The notes beneath the pieces are model-generated. The model did no database searches. It was not told where the DNA came from and saw only the letters and a program-made list of their open reading frames with translations. A DNA stretch of 64,000 bases from a virus. Taxonomy: Duplodnaviria; Caudoviricetes. Below, piece by piece: positions 27,533 through 40,002 of the stretch (the stretch's first letter is position 1; each line of letters begins with the position of its first letter). Location of the stretch: IMG/VR virus record IMGVR_UViG_3300037067_027602, positions 92,498-156,497 of that record; one strand, 5' to 3'. The position numbers and the translations under genes were made by a program.

Positions 27533-27718
27533 CCCCCTCCCCCCTGAATGGCGGACGGATCGCTAAGTGAGGGCTTGTGATACTTTTTCCGGTGTTTTTC
27601 GCCGAAGGCCCGGCAAAAGTATCTCAAGCTTGAGCTTAGTGATACGTACGGCGTCTTCCTCCACGCCGAAGGCAACCTTTCGGCGGGGGCGTTGCGCCCC
27701 CTGTGCCGGGGGAGGGGG
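27533..27718 (-). ncRNA. Putative retron-like msr/msd ncRNA, unit A (186 nt)
   Basis: 11-bp terminal inverted repeat (27533-27543/27708-27718), G after the 5' arm, stem-loops at 27685-27701 and 27664-27685, TGGAGG, then an 85-nt imperfect hairpin at 27559-27643. Confidence 0.78.
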
Positions 27719-27725
27719 AATAAAA

Positions 27726-30700
27726 TCAGACGGAGCCCGGGGCGACCCAGGCCACGAGTGCCAGGACGGTCTCGCCGTCGGGGGCGACGCCGGCGAACAG
27801 CTCGGGCTCGATGTCGTCGGGGACGCCTCTCCTGTCGGTCAACGACACCAGGAGCTCCTTGTTGCGGCGGCTGGGGAGCAATTTCAGGAAATCCTCGTTC
27901 CCTCCCTGCAGCTCGTGGTAGACCTCCATGGTCATGCGGTAGAGCTTGCAGTCGTCGTTGTGGATGTCAATCTCCAGTTTGCCGTTCGGGTCGTTGTCCT
28001 GCCCGAGCCAGAACACGTCCCGGTCGTACAGGGAGAGGACTCCGCCGCCCTCGGGGGTGCTGTCGGTGGGACCGAACGAGTAGGTCTCTCCCAGGTCGTC
28101 GACCATGTCGTCCTCGCTTTGGTTGAACGCCGCCCCGTCGTAGTTGGCCAGAACTTCGGCGAGATCCTCGAAGAAACGTCTGCGGGTATGGGGGTCGCCA
28201 AGCCACTCGCTATCCGGCGCGCCCATAAGCTGGATGGCCTGCAATAGCTCGGTCTCAGTAAGGTGCTTGCTCATGATGATCTCCGTTCAGTTGTTGAAAA
28301 AGTTGTTGTCGAGCTGAAGGATACCCTCCTTCAGGATCTTGATCTCCACGGGCACCCCCGAGTGGCCGTTGGCGCAAAAGCGCATCTTCCCGCCGCAGAC
28401 CCTGATCTGGAGATCGACTAGGGATTCCTTTGCGCCGCAAATCTCGCGGAGACGGATGGCCGCCCCCACCCCGACGCCCGAGGTCTCGTAAGTGTCTGTC
28501 TCATACCCCACCGGGGCATCATCCACGAGCACCCCGTGCTGGCCGCACATGGCGGACACCGTGACGGAACGGAGCTCGGGGAGGAGCTTCTTGCCCTCGC
28601 CCTCCAGGAAGGCGTCGGCGCGCTCCACAACATCCAGGAGCTTGTGGTTCAGCTCGACCTCAAAGGCCGCCTCGCAGTCGCTGGCATTGGTCAACAGGTA
28701 CATCTCAAGCCTCCTTTTTCCACGGGGGAGCCCCGCATTTTGAGTTCCAACTGGTGCAACCCTTCTCGTCGGCCGGATGCTCCATCTCGACATCCTCGGC
28801 TAGGCGCCAAAATTGTTGACGCTCGATAAACGCGTGGATGGAAATGAACGACACCACGAAACTTTTACGCCCCTGGTTGTTCCCCACGTCATGCAGCGTG
28901 CCATAGCCCCGTTGCCCCTTGCGGTCATTGGGGATCTCGGGGAAGGACACGATGCTGTTCTTCCAGCGGTCGATGTTGGAGGCGTCGATCCCGTCCATCC
29001 AGAGCCGTCCGTTCCCGGGCTCCATGGTCAACCCTCCTCGATGGTGACGCCGTCGGCGTTCTTGATGTCGTCGTAGGTCTCCGTCGCGACATGGCCGCAG
29101 CTGTCGCACTGCGCCCGGAGGAACGCCTCCAGATCGGTGGTCTCGGTCATGTCGACAGGCTCCAAATCCAGCCGCTCCTCGGACAGCTCAATCACGGAGA
29201 ACTCGCGGCACACTTGCCGGGTGAAGCTCCTGTAGACCATCTCCAGGCGGTCGCAGCCGCACTCGGGGCACTTGAAGCGCAGCGTCTTGTTTTTCTCCTT
29301 ACCAGTGGCCTTCTCGACCTCTTCGATGAGATTCCTGGCCATGACCGCGGTCAGATCCCCGTCGCCACCAGAGGCGTGGCGATGGGCATCAACATGGGGC
29401 AGGCATTGCTTCAACGCCGCCAGCAGTTTCGAGACCATTTCCTGTTTGTTGTCCATGGTTCAACCCTCCCAGTTCAAGTTGTCGTAACGCCTCCGCAAGT
29501 CTTCGACCAGGTCGGACAGCTCCTTGCGGACGTCGCAAGGCTCCAGAACCTCGAACTCCGGGTCGAGAAGAGCTTTCACGTCGTCCACCGCGAACTCCGC
29601 CCCCTCCCTCAGCCCGGGCTCGATCTCGGGCATGCTGACCAGCACCAGACTCACAGGGGCGGACGCTAACACGGACACTCCCGTGTTCTCGCTGTCGTCC
29701 AGCACATAGACCTCCGGGATCTGGCCTCCGGCGACGAGCTTGTCCAGGGTCTCCTTGGTGAACACCTTCTCCCGGAGCCCCTCCTCGAAACGCTTGTTGA
29801 GCCAGGGGACGCAGCTGTATGGAACAGGAGCGGAGCGGTCGCCCCAGGTGTACCAGTGAACGACGTCCCTGTGGATTCCGGCGAGAGCCGCGTAGCAGGG
29901 GGAGACCTCCCTGTTTCTGAAGACTAAACCGCATTCTCGGTGGATGGCCTTCTCGCTCTCCACGGGGGTTGCGTGGATGTCCCAGACGGCCAAGGGGTCC
30001 GGGTTGGTGACACGGTGGTCGAGCTCGACATGGAACAGCTGCTCCCCGCCGTCCACCTTGTTTTGCAATTTGATGAACATGGTCAAACCTCCTTCGCGAT
30101 TTTCTCGAACTCGGCGTCCTCGATGGCGCAGGTCTCTCCCATCCCGTCGTCGTCGTGGAAGCGGAACCAGACGAAGGCGCCGTCGAAAGCCATCTCGACC
30201 GAGCCGTTCTTGGCCTGCCAGTTCCAAACATGGTCCTTCTCCCGGGGGTATTTGACCCAGTCGCGGGGGCCGAACTCGGACTTCGGCAGACGTTCCCCGC
30301 AAAGGGTGGCCTGGACGCCTTCGTCCGTGGTCATCGCCATCATGGTAACGGCGGGCTCCGACCTGGACTCGAACGCCAGCTTCATCCGGCGATGGGTTTC
30401 CGCCAAGGCCTTGCCGACCATGACTTTCATGGTCTCCTCAGCCCCGGAAGCCCTATCGAGAACCTTGAGATGCAACATGGTGGGCATGATAAGCCACTCC
30501 TTTGTTTTGTTATTCTGGTTCCACCAAATCCGTCCCATCCCCCTCGTCGTAGGGAGGGGCCTTGCTCCTGGCCATGAAGATGGACTGCTTTTTCCTGGAG
30601 CAGAGCCCTATCTTCTGCCGCATGTCCATCCCGTCCCAGATCTCCTTCCTGGCCTCGTCCTGCAACCGGAGATAGCGGTCGTCGTCGAGGACGGGGTAAT

Positions 30701-33700
30701 GGGAAATCTCCTGGTCGATCTTGTCGGCCTCCTTCTCGGCCTTGCCGCCGCGCTTGACCAGCAGGTGCTCGATCCAGCCGCAAGTCCAGTGATGGCAACG
30801 CTTGATTTTGACCTCGTCGCCCTCGCCGCCCAGACGCTCCAGGGCGGACTCCCAGTTGCTCCTGGTGAGTATCTGGGCGTCTCGGTTGTTACCGACACAG
30901 GGGACGACAACCCAGCCGTCGTCCTCCTCGTCGCCCATGAAGTTGTCGGCGTTGGTGCCGATCCCGCCCTGTTTCAGGGTCTCCTTGAACGTCAGCATGG
31001 CACGTCCTCACAGGAAACGTCACCGGTGTAGTAGACGCAGCCGTCGTGTTTCCCGATGAACTCCAGGCAATAGCCCGCCACCCCCGACACCACGATCGGG
31101 GTCTCCAGGGAGAAACCGGGGTCTCCGAAAACCTCCAGGGACTTGATCTTGACGTCGGAGGCGTCCATCTTCACGGCCTTGAACTCCAGGCCGTGGGATC
31201 TCGCCACCTCCGAGGCTTTGACGGCCACATTTTGAATGAACCCGGCGGGGATGGAACATTCCACCCACCCGCACTTCTCCGTGTCGCGGTACAACGCATG
31301 TCTACTCATGGAGAAATCCTTCCGGTTGTGTTGAAGACGAAATACTGTAGCCTGCCAAGATACCCGGTTACTACCATCTTATAACTCCAAACATCTTTCA
31401 GGAAAAGGCATGGGCTATGACCGTTGACCTCCGCCGCCCGGCTGCAACGGCCGCTTGCCAAAGCTTCCTCCTCCATGGCGGAAACTTTATCCGGGCCGAG
31501 GAGGGACTCCATCTCCTTTTTGTTGAGCATGAACATGCTCATGGATAGAAGTCGAGTTTGCCGTTGACCTTCTGCGGCTCGACCTCCCCAAACTCCTCGG
31601 CCTTCTTCTGGAGCACGTCCTTGTGGGGGTACTCCCTGCGGTCGGAGAAGCCGCAACCATGCCCGTTCCTGGCCAGCCAGAAGTCGTGGCCGAATTGGTT
31701 GATGGGGACATTGTCGGTGAAGCAGCGGGCGGAGCCCAGGAAGGAGCCGCAATCGAAGTAGGCGCGCAACTGGGCCGACCTCGTTACCTCGATCTCTTGG
31801 TAGTTCTTCTTGAACTCCAAGGGCTCCTCGCTCGTCCAGGCCACGGCCAGCAGGTAATGCTTGACCATCTCCTTGATATTGGCCTTGGTGAACTCCAGCA
31901 GCTTGCGGGGCTCGCCGGGGAGGTAGAGATGGCCGGTCTCGACTTCGATGGCGTAGTCGTAGGCGAACTTGACGTAGGGGGTCTCGGAGGCGATCGCCTC
32001 GAACTTTTTCTGGGTGCCGTACGACCAGCAAGAGACGGTCGACCAGGTCTCCCCGGTGCAGAACATGAAGAGCGGCTCGGCCTTCCTCAAGTTCTCGTCG
32101 CCGGTCTGGGCCATGATCCGCCTGGCGTGGGCCAGGGCGGGTCTTGAGATGTGGCAGAAGGGAACTTTGTACATGATGGACTCCTAGACTGTGGGTTTGC
32201 GGTTGAGCTCGGGCTTCCAGGGGAAGGCGGCCGCCTCCTCGAACTCCTTCATGTGGCCGGCGAAGAACTTGCCGATCCTGAGGGCGAAGGACTTGACCTC
32301 GGGGAACGGGACGGGCTTCCAGATGTTCAGCTCGCGGAACTCCTCGGGGCAGCTGGCCATCCGGGCGAGGGAGTGGAGGACGATCAGGTCGGAGACCTGC
32401 TTGTTGATGTCGCCCCCCTCGGTGGCGAACACGCTGTTGACGTAGAGGACTTTGCCCTTGTCCCTGCTCAGCAGGAACCTGTCGTTGTGGTCGTCCTGGG
32501 CCATGGAGAGGCCGAGGAGGAGCACCTTCTTCCTGATTTGTTTTAAGCTCATGGCTCAGCCCTCCTCTTCCTGGGCGTCGATCTCCTTGGCGCGCTCCTT
32601 GGCCACGTCCACGTCTAGGTCGTCGTCGTAGACAGGGTAGCGGGAGAACTGCTCCTCCAGAGCCTCGACGAAGGAGGCGAAGCCCTTCTCCCGCTCGCCG
32701 ACCCCGCTCTTGACGGCGAAGGCTTTCAGCTCGTCGCCGTCGTGGATCTTCTTGGGGGTGCCGTCGTCCTCGATCTCCGACTCCTCGAAGTCCCATTCCC
32801 CGACCTTGGCTCCGTTGGTGTCCAGGCAGACGTCATGGCTGAAGCCGCTGTTCACCTTTTTGGTGACCTCCAAAAGTATCTTGGCCACTTCGTCCCTGCC
32901 ACCGTCCGCGAAGGCGGCGTTGCAACTGTCCATTGTCATCGAAAATTTCATAATCGTTCTCCCTAGTTGTGCCCCCAGTTGTGGGCGTAGATGAATTTGC
33001 CGTCGCACTTCTCGACCCGGAAAAGCTGCCCGTCGACCACGAAGGTCGCGGACGGGGGATACCCCTTGCCCTCCCAGATCTCGGCCTGCTGCTCTATCCA
33101 CCTGGCGGTGATAGGTTTCTTGAAAGGGGAGTTGTGGTTCGCCCTGGCCAGCAGCAGCTCAAAATCGGAGACGATTTTCTCGTTCAGGTCGTCGGTGGAA
33201 ATCTTGGAGGCCATCGCGTCGATGCCCAACCACCGCTTCAGCTCGTTCCCCTTGAGGGAGACCGCGAAGCTACGCAGGTGCTCCACGGCCTTGTCCCTGT
33301 CGGTGAACAGCCGCGCCCCGTAGCCATTGCCGCCGCTCCCGGCGTAGGGCGGGATGTCGTGGTATTTGCAGCAGGTGTCGTCAGGATGGTAGACGCAAGG
33401 CGGCAGGTTGGGGTCGAGCCTCCTGGCCTTGGCCTTGACGGCCTTGGGGCTGTAGTTCCAGATATAGCCGCGGTCCTCGACCTCCTCCAGCTTGAAGGCG
33501 ATGGTGATGTCGTTGGCTCCGTGGAGCCCGGCGATCGTCGCGATATAGGTCGTCTTCATGGTTTCACCTCCGGCCGGCAGATAGCCAGTGATTCCATAGC
33601 CTGCAAGAAGAACCTCGACGTCATGTCCGGCGTCTCCAGCAGCCGGGTGAGGGACGGCAGTTTCATCCATCCGTCCCTGCCCTTGACATAGCGGCTGACA

Positions 33701-36700
33701 AGGGACATGGTCGGAAACATCTCCGCCGCGCGCCGGCCGGTGAACTCCAGCTGCAAAAACCGGTCGGAGCCAAGATGATACTCGCACTTCGGCTCCGGCA
33801 AAAACTCGACGCCGATGGCCGAATCCATGATGGCCAAGACGCCATTATGGAACAGACCCACCGAGGAGGCCATGTCCGCGAGGAACACCTTCTTGCCACA
33901 CTTCGTCCTCCAGCAGCGCCCGGCCGGGTCGTAGGCGAACGCCCCTTTGAACAGGCGCTCGTCCAGGACGAACCGGGTTGCATGGTCATTCTTGTTGACG
34001 CACTCGTGGCGCCATTCCCCTTTTGATCCGATGTGGTTGGACAGCACAAGTGCCGTGTTCTCACTGCGAACGTCTCCCGAAAAGACAAGTTTGATCTTGC
34101 CCATGGTTCCGTACTCCGTTCTGGTTGTTTTTTAGTGCTTCAACTTGCCGATGAGGTGGGCGAACTTGCCCCAGCGTTTGGGGAACCTGTCCACCAGCTT
34201 CCTCAAATCCTCGTTGGTGAGCGGGTTCTTGGGGTCGTTGATCATGTCGGCGAAATGGGCGTTCTCGATGTCGCCCGACGTCCTCACCATCAGGCTGTCG
34301 CCGCTCCTCCCCAGGATTTTGATGTCCGGGAGTTTGGAGTCCTTGTCGTCCCCCACCACCTGAACCTCCAGCCTATCCCCCATGCCGGGGAAACGCCTGG
34401 AGATCTCGTCCTGGATGCTCTTGGCCTTGTCCATGTCATGTATCCTTTCGTTTTTTGAACACAACTCCACAGCCATCGGCGCGCTGATAGATCTTCCCGT
34501 CCTTGAGCGCCTTGACGGCGTAGCCTCTGCAATTGAGTCCGGGCGTCAGCGTGTCGGTCTTCGGGTCTTGGCACGTCGGACGCCAATCGCACTGGCGGCA
34601 GATGTTTTCGCTGTCGCCTTCCCATCGGGGGCCTTTGGGCACGGCGTAGTAACCGTCCGGTGCGTCGTCCGGATCGCAGGTTATCCCACGGTCGGACATC
34701 GTGAAAGGGTCTTGTTTTCCCGCCATGTCATGCCCCTTTGTATGCGAATTTGTGGCGGCAGGTCTCAAGGGAAATCCTCAGCCTGCTGTTGATGAACTCA
34801 TATTCGGTTTGACTGGCCGCGGTGTAGAGGATGGCCGGCAGCCTCAACCAGTTTTCCTCGTCGACCCTGACGTAGCGGAGAGCCTCCATCTCGTTGGGGA
34901 ACGAGAGTTTCGGGGCGAACCCCTCCTTCGGCCTGACGGAGAGGATCAGCCCGCCGTCCTCGTGAGAGGTGTCGGGGCGAAGGATCGGCTTGCCCTTCTC
35001 CATCTGGGAACCAGAGCAGAACAGATCGGAACCCTGTCCACACTTGGCACTGGTGGCCACGCAAACCCCGAAGCAGAGATCCTGCAAGTAGACCTCACCG
35101 TAGATAGACCTCCAGGAGCAGGACGACCTGCTGTATTTGAACAGGTTTTTAAAGACCTCCTCGTCCAGGGTGAAGCAGGTCGTCACCGGCTCCCGGGAGA
35201 TCCGCGCCTCGGCGACGTCTCCCATGTCGTCGTGGTCGACATGGTCAAACATCTTCTTTGTGACATCGCCCTTGTAGTGGGCGAAGATTTCCTTTCTGGA
35301 TCTCGTCCTCATGTTGCGGCTCCTTGTTTTTTGAATCCCGGCTTGCCCAACACCTCCTTGGCGAACGCCTTGTCGCCCTCGTCCATGGCGTCGAACGCGA
35401 CCCTGCGGCCGTACCCCACGCCGGGGTGCCTGCTGAAATCGACATCCCACCTGACGCCCTGTCCGGACGCGAACACGAGGCAGGCCGTCCTGCTCTTGTC
35501 GCAGTTGCCCTTGGCGTCCATCATGAATATCCGGCAAACGCCGTGCTTCTTATAGCAGCGGCAACGGTTGCCCTCTACGATGTCGTCCTTTTTCATGCTG
35601 CCGTCGCCTCCAGCAGGGCACCCATGTCCTCCCAGGATTTCTCCTCGGCATCGAAGGCGTCGGCCTCAGCTTGCTCAACGCAATACTTCAACGCACCCTC
35701 CGCCTCCTCCCGACAATAGTCCTCGCCGTAGAACCCGTAGCACGATTCGACAATTTCGTCGGTATCGTCGTCGTAGACCTCGAAACCGTGGACGTCCCCG
35801 GACACGTACTGCGCCAGGGTGCCAACCTCATCCTCGATGGCGGATTTGGCCCACTCCCGAAGCCCGGCTTCGTCGGCGGCCGACGACTCCTCCCGGGCGG
35901 TCTCCATGGTGACGTAGGCGAACCCAGCTCTCCAAGAGTCCCATTTGTCGCCGAAAGGGGTGGTTGAAACCAGCATTCCGCCGTGCTCGTAGACATAGAT
36001 GTCGGTGATGGCGGCGAAACCCTCGTCGCCGCCGCACTCCTCCTCGCAGACTTCCTTGACGAAGTCGATCCCGCCCCGGGCGTCGTAATTATGCTCGTCG
36101 CCAAGATGCTTGACCTTGCCGAACAGCACGATCTTAGACACGTTAGAGAATTCCTTCAGGGGACTACCCGTGTCGTGGTCATCCACAATTCTAACTTTCA
36201 GCATTTTAACTCTCCTTGTTTACGATAAAGTTTTTACCGGGCAGCCTTCCTCGAACCAGCGCAAAATGTCGAAGTTTCCGGCGCCGTCCTCGTAGTCCTT
36301 AAAATACAGCACCTCGACATTCCCGAAGCGCTCCTTGGCGTTCTCCAGAGCCTTCTCCTTCGTCGGATACTCGCCACCGAACTCCTCATTGTCGGCGCTG
36401 TACATCCAAAGGTCGGAGGAATCCGGATCTTTCCAAACGATGATGCGGACGGGATTCATACGAACGTTCCCGGAAGGGATGTCCCACGGGATGCCGTGGG
36501 TGAACACCCGGCAGCCGAGCGACGTGAACCACTCCAGCGCGTAGCCGTCCCTGGAGCCCTGGAGCCTGCCGCATTCCAGCTTGTCGGGCACGCCATCGAT
36601 CTCGGCGCGGACGACCTCCGGGAACCTCATGCCGCCGGAGAACTCGACGTCCACCCAGCCGACCTGCCGGCAATCGGGGCTGTAAAGACGATGGCGGAAA

Positions 36701-39452
36701 GTTTTCTTGTTCATGTCAGACCTCCAGCTCTTCGGTGTGGTATTCCTGGTTGTCGTACTTGCCCACCATCGTGAGCCAGAACGAACCGGGCTTGCGGTGG
36801 ATACGGGGTACGTCCATGGACACCCGCTCGCCATGGACTGTCGCGTTGATGGCGTTGTAGAGATCCGTCTCGTGCATCATGTCGTCGAGCATCATGCAGG
36901 ACAGCTCGACCCCGTTCGTCCTCAACGGGAGCCTCGCCTTCGCGAGGTACAACACCTCGCCAAGCTCCTCTATCATGGCATTGAGCCGCTTGAACTCGAC
37001 GGTGCCTACCTCCTCCGTGCCTTGATACAGCTTCGCTTTCATATTTCTCCTCACGGGTAAAGGGGGTTGGTGCTGCCGGGGTGTTTGGGCTCCTCGTCCT
37101 TGACACGACTCTCGATGTGCTTCCTGGTGGACTCGTCCAGGTCTTTGAAGGCGACCCTCTTTCCCAGGTGCCGCCCGGGGATGGCCGAGCAGAATTCCGA
37201 ATAGGCGACGCCGCCCTCCGAGCAACCCAAAGCTAGCCTGGTCATGGGGTCGCTATCCCACGGCACGTCAAGCAGCACGACCGTAAACCTGTCAACGGTC
37301 TTACCATCGTTATCGTAGACCCGGCAACGGAGCTCGTTGATAAAATCCTGAGCCTCTTCCTCTTGCCGGGCGTCGAATTTGCGGTCGGACTCGATCTTCT
37401 CCTCCACCGCGTCGGAGATGTAACCCATGATGGCGGGGCTGATATCCCAGCTATCGCTGTGGTGGAACGGGAGGGCGATCACCATCCCCTCCGACCCGGG
37501 AAAACGTTCCTTGTTGATCCTCCGGGCTATCCGGAGGATTTCCGCGTCGATGTGCTCCTTGTCCATTTTTCACACCCCATCCTCTTCGTCGTCATCGTCG
37601 TCGAAAAAGCCGCCGGAATAGGTCTCCACCTCCGGAGTGCCCTCGCAGTCGAGCTTGAAGATGCCGTCCTCGTCGCCCTCGTCGCCTTTGCGGTGCTCCA
37701 GGGCGGCGGCGTCGCGCTCGTCTCCGTCCTTGTAGGGGCCGTGGATCTCCGGCTCGCCGTCGCCGACCACGACCACCAGCCACATGCTCGTCTCGCCACC
37801 GGACATCAGGAAGTCCATCTGGGCGGACTCGGAACAGTTGTTGATGTCGGAGCCCATCTGGTCAAGCTTCTCGTTGACCATGTCCGACAGGGCGTCCTGG
37901 TGCTCGTCCTCGGGAACGCCTTCCAGCCTTTTGAGAATCTCTGCCTTCGTCATTCTAGTTCTCCTTGATTTTTGCCATGGCCGTTTTGGCCAGGTCGATG
38001 GCGATGGAAATGACGCCCATGATGTAGCCGCCCCTCAAGCCTTTCTGCATGTCCTCGGCTTTGACCATGGCCTCGCAAGCCTTGAGCATCCTGGGGGCGG
38101 CGGCGATGATCTTGACCAGGGCTTTCTGCTTGGCGGGCGTCTCCTCGCCGTTCATCCTGAAGGAGCCGATCCAGCGCCCCTCGTGGGTCGCGACGAAATA
38201 CGCGTCGGCGTCGCCCTGCTCCCTGACCTCCCAGTCCTCGTCGGAGCAATCGACGGAGGGGTTGTGCCCGACGTAGTCCGAGACCCGCATGGACGCCAGG
38301 CCTTTCCCGGTCTCCTTGTCGGAGGCCTCCTTGACAAGCTCCTGCACCAACTTCTTGACGTGGTGGGACATGCCCCTCCAGCGCAGGTTCTCGTCCTTGT
38401 CGGCGCAACGCCAGGCGACGACGGACGCCCTCCCGCCGCAATCCACGGCCAGGACGTAGAGGCAATGGTCTTGGTTGAGGAAGGAGGTCTTCTGGACGGT
38501 GCAGACGCCGTCCCCCAAATCGACCGAGTACCACTGGGTTTCTGGAATGTAGTCCCTGATCGCGATCATATCAATTCCCTTTCCTGTATTCCGTCCCGTC
38601 GGGCATAACCAGCCCCGGGAACTCTTTGGTGATGGCCTTTAGGTCATCGTAGACAATTTTCTCCAGCTCGGAATAGGGCACGCCCACCCCAAGCGAGGCA
38701 AGACCGGACGACAAAACCATGCAAAGCCGCTGCCCCAGTATGCAATAAACCTCCGTGGCATTCTCTCCGCGCATGGTCAATGCCCTTTCGTTTGAAGTTT
38801 GAACACGACGATCCCCGCCATGGCGGGAAGAATCAAAGTCACGAAGAAAAACGCCGCCGTCTCCATAGTCAACCACCTTTCCTTGCGTATATACCCCAGA
38901 TCTCCGGGTTGTAGCCGGCGAGGCAGTCATACAAATCCTGACGTTGCGCCATCAGCTCCTTGACCGTCCCGTGCAGCGTCTTGGAGCTCTCAATCTCGCT
39001 GAGATACGCCCGTTTGGCCTCCTCAAGCTCGTCCAACGCCCTCAGGGCGCGGTGTTTCATGTCCAGAACCTCCCGGCGAAGACGATCGAGAGCCACGGAC
39101 ACCTCCGTCTTTCCGGAGAGGGGGAGCGGGTTCTCACCGGACTCGCCCATGGTCTTCAGGCAACGGTCCACCACCATGCCGATGGAGCCGAACCACAGCT
39201 CCGTCCTCAGAATGTCCTTGGTTTTCTTCATCTAAAGCCCCGCTCATAATGTTTTTTGTCGATATTGACGAAAACCATGCTCCAATGGACAGACCCGGCT
39301 TCACGGGACTCGAAATGGCCGAAGCCCCCGCGCCCCTTGAGAAGCTTCCCGAGCACCGACATCGCCCCCAGGGGGCATCCCGCCTTGTTCTGGATGGTCT
39401 CCTCATTGCCCCGGCCATCGTAAAGAACCGACCTGAACTCTGTTTTACCCAT
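27726..39452 (-). other. Dense run of ~27 small co-oriented hypothetical genes (early/host-takeover type region)
   Basis: Abutting acidic ORFs with RBSs, for example 27726-28274, 28287-28703, 28705-29025, 29028-29456, 29460-30080, 30510-30998, 30992-31309, 31539-32174, 32184-32552, 33556-34104, 35309-35596, 35593-36204, 37051-37566, 37570-37953, 37955-38569, 38869-39231. None could be named. Confidence 0.75.
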
Positions 39453-39535
39453 GCCCACACCCTTTCCGATTTCCAAAATTGTCCGTTGCCCACGCCGGGC
39501 CCCGGTTTATGATCCACTTTCAACGGCGCGGACAA

Positions 39536-39561
39536 AAGAAAAAGCGGGGGCGGACCCCCGC
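39536..39561 (-). terminator. Intrinsic terminator
   Basis: GCGGGGGTCCGCCCCCGC hairpin plus TTTTTCTTT on the minus strand, after 39564..40001. Confidence 0.65.
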
Positions 39562-39563
39562 TC

Positions 39564-40001
39564 TCAGTCGTCCAGCTCCACCTCCAGGACGCGGAGGCAC
39601 ATCCGCGGCGTCCCGTCCGCCTTCATGGCCGTGGCGGGCGAGCTCCGCTCCATGGCCGCCATGGCCAGCGCCATGGGGTAGAGAGCCTCCGCCAGATCCT
39701 CCCGGGAAAGCTCGAGCCCCCGGTTGGCGTAGAACAGGTGTCGGGAGCCGTCCCAGTCCTTGGACAGCTCCGCCTTGAGGCAGGAGGCATGGCAGGACTT
39801 CCCCGCCGCCCTGTCCCCCAGGACGGAGCCTTCCGGGGTCTCCATCGTGTACTTCATGCCGCACAGGGCGCAACGCCCCTGCGCCGGCTCGAACCTGGGG
39901 GCGTAGGGCATGTTCACGTCCGCCCCCGCCAAGTCCTTGGCGTCCCTGAGGGCCTCCTTGAAGGCCGGCAACGAATTCTCCAACGTGTAGTAGTCCTTCA
40001 T
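39564..40001 (-). CDS. Hypothetical Zn-binding protein
   Basis: CALCG...CHASC. Confidence 0.55.
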   Translation of the reverse strand: MKDYYTLENSLPAFKEALRDAKDLAGADVNMPYAPRFEPAQGRCALCGMKYTMETPEGSVLGDRAAGKSCHASCLKAELSKDWDGSRHLFYANRGLELSREDLAEALYPMALAMAAMERSSPATAMKADGTPRMCLRVLEVELDD

Positions 40002-40002
40002 T

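Noticed and set aside
32871-32881. CAAAAGTATCT match to the unit A hairpin arm (27614-27624)
   Set aside because: An 11-nt match inside a coding region is compatible with chance in 64 kb.
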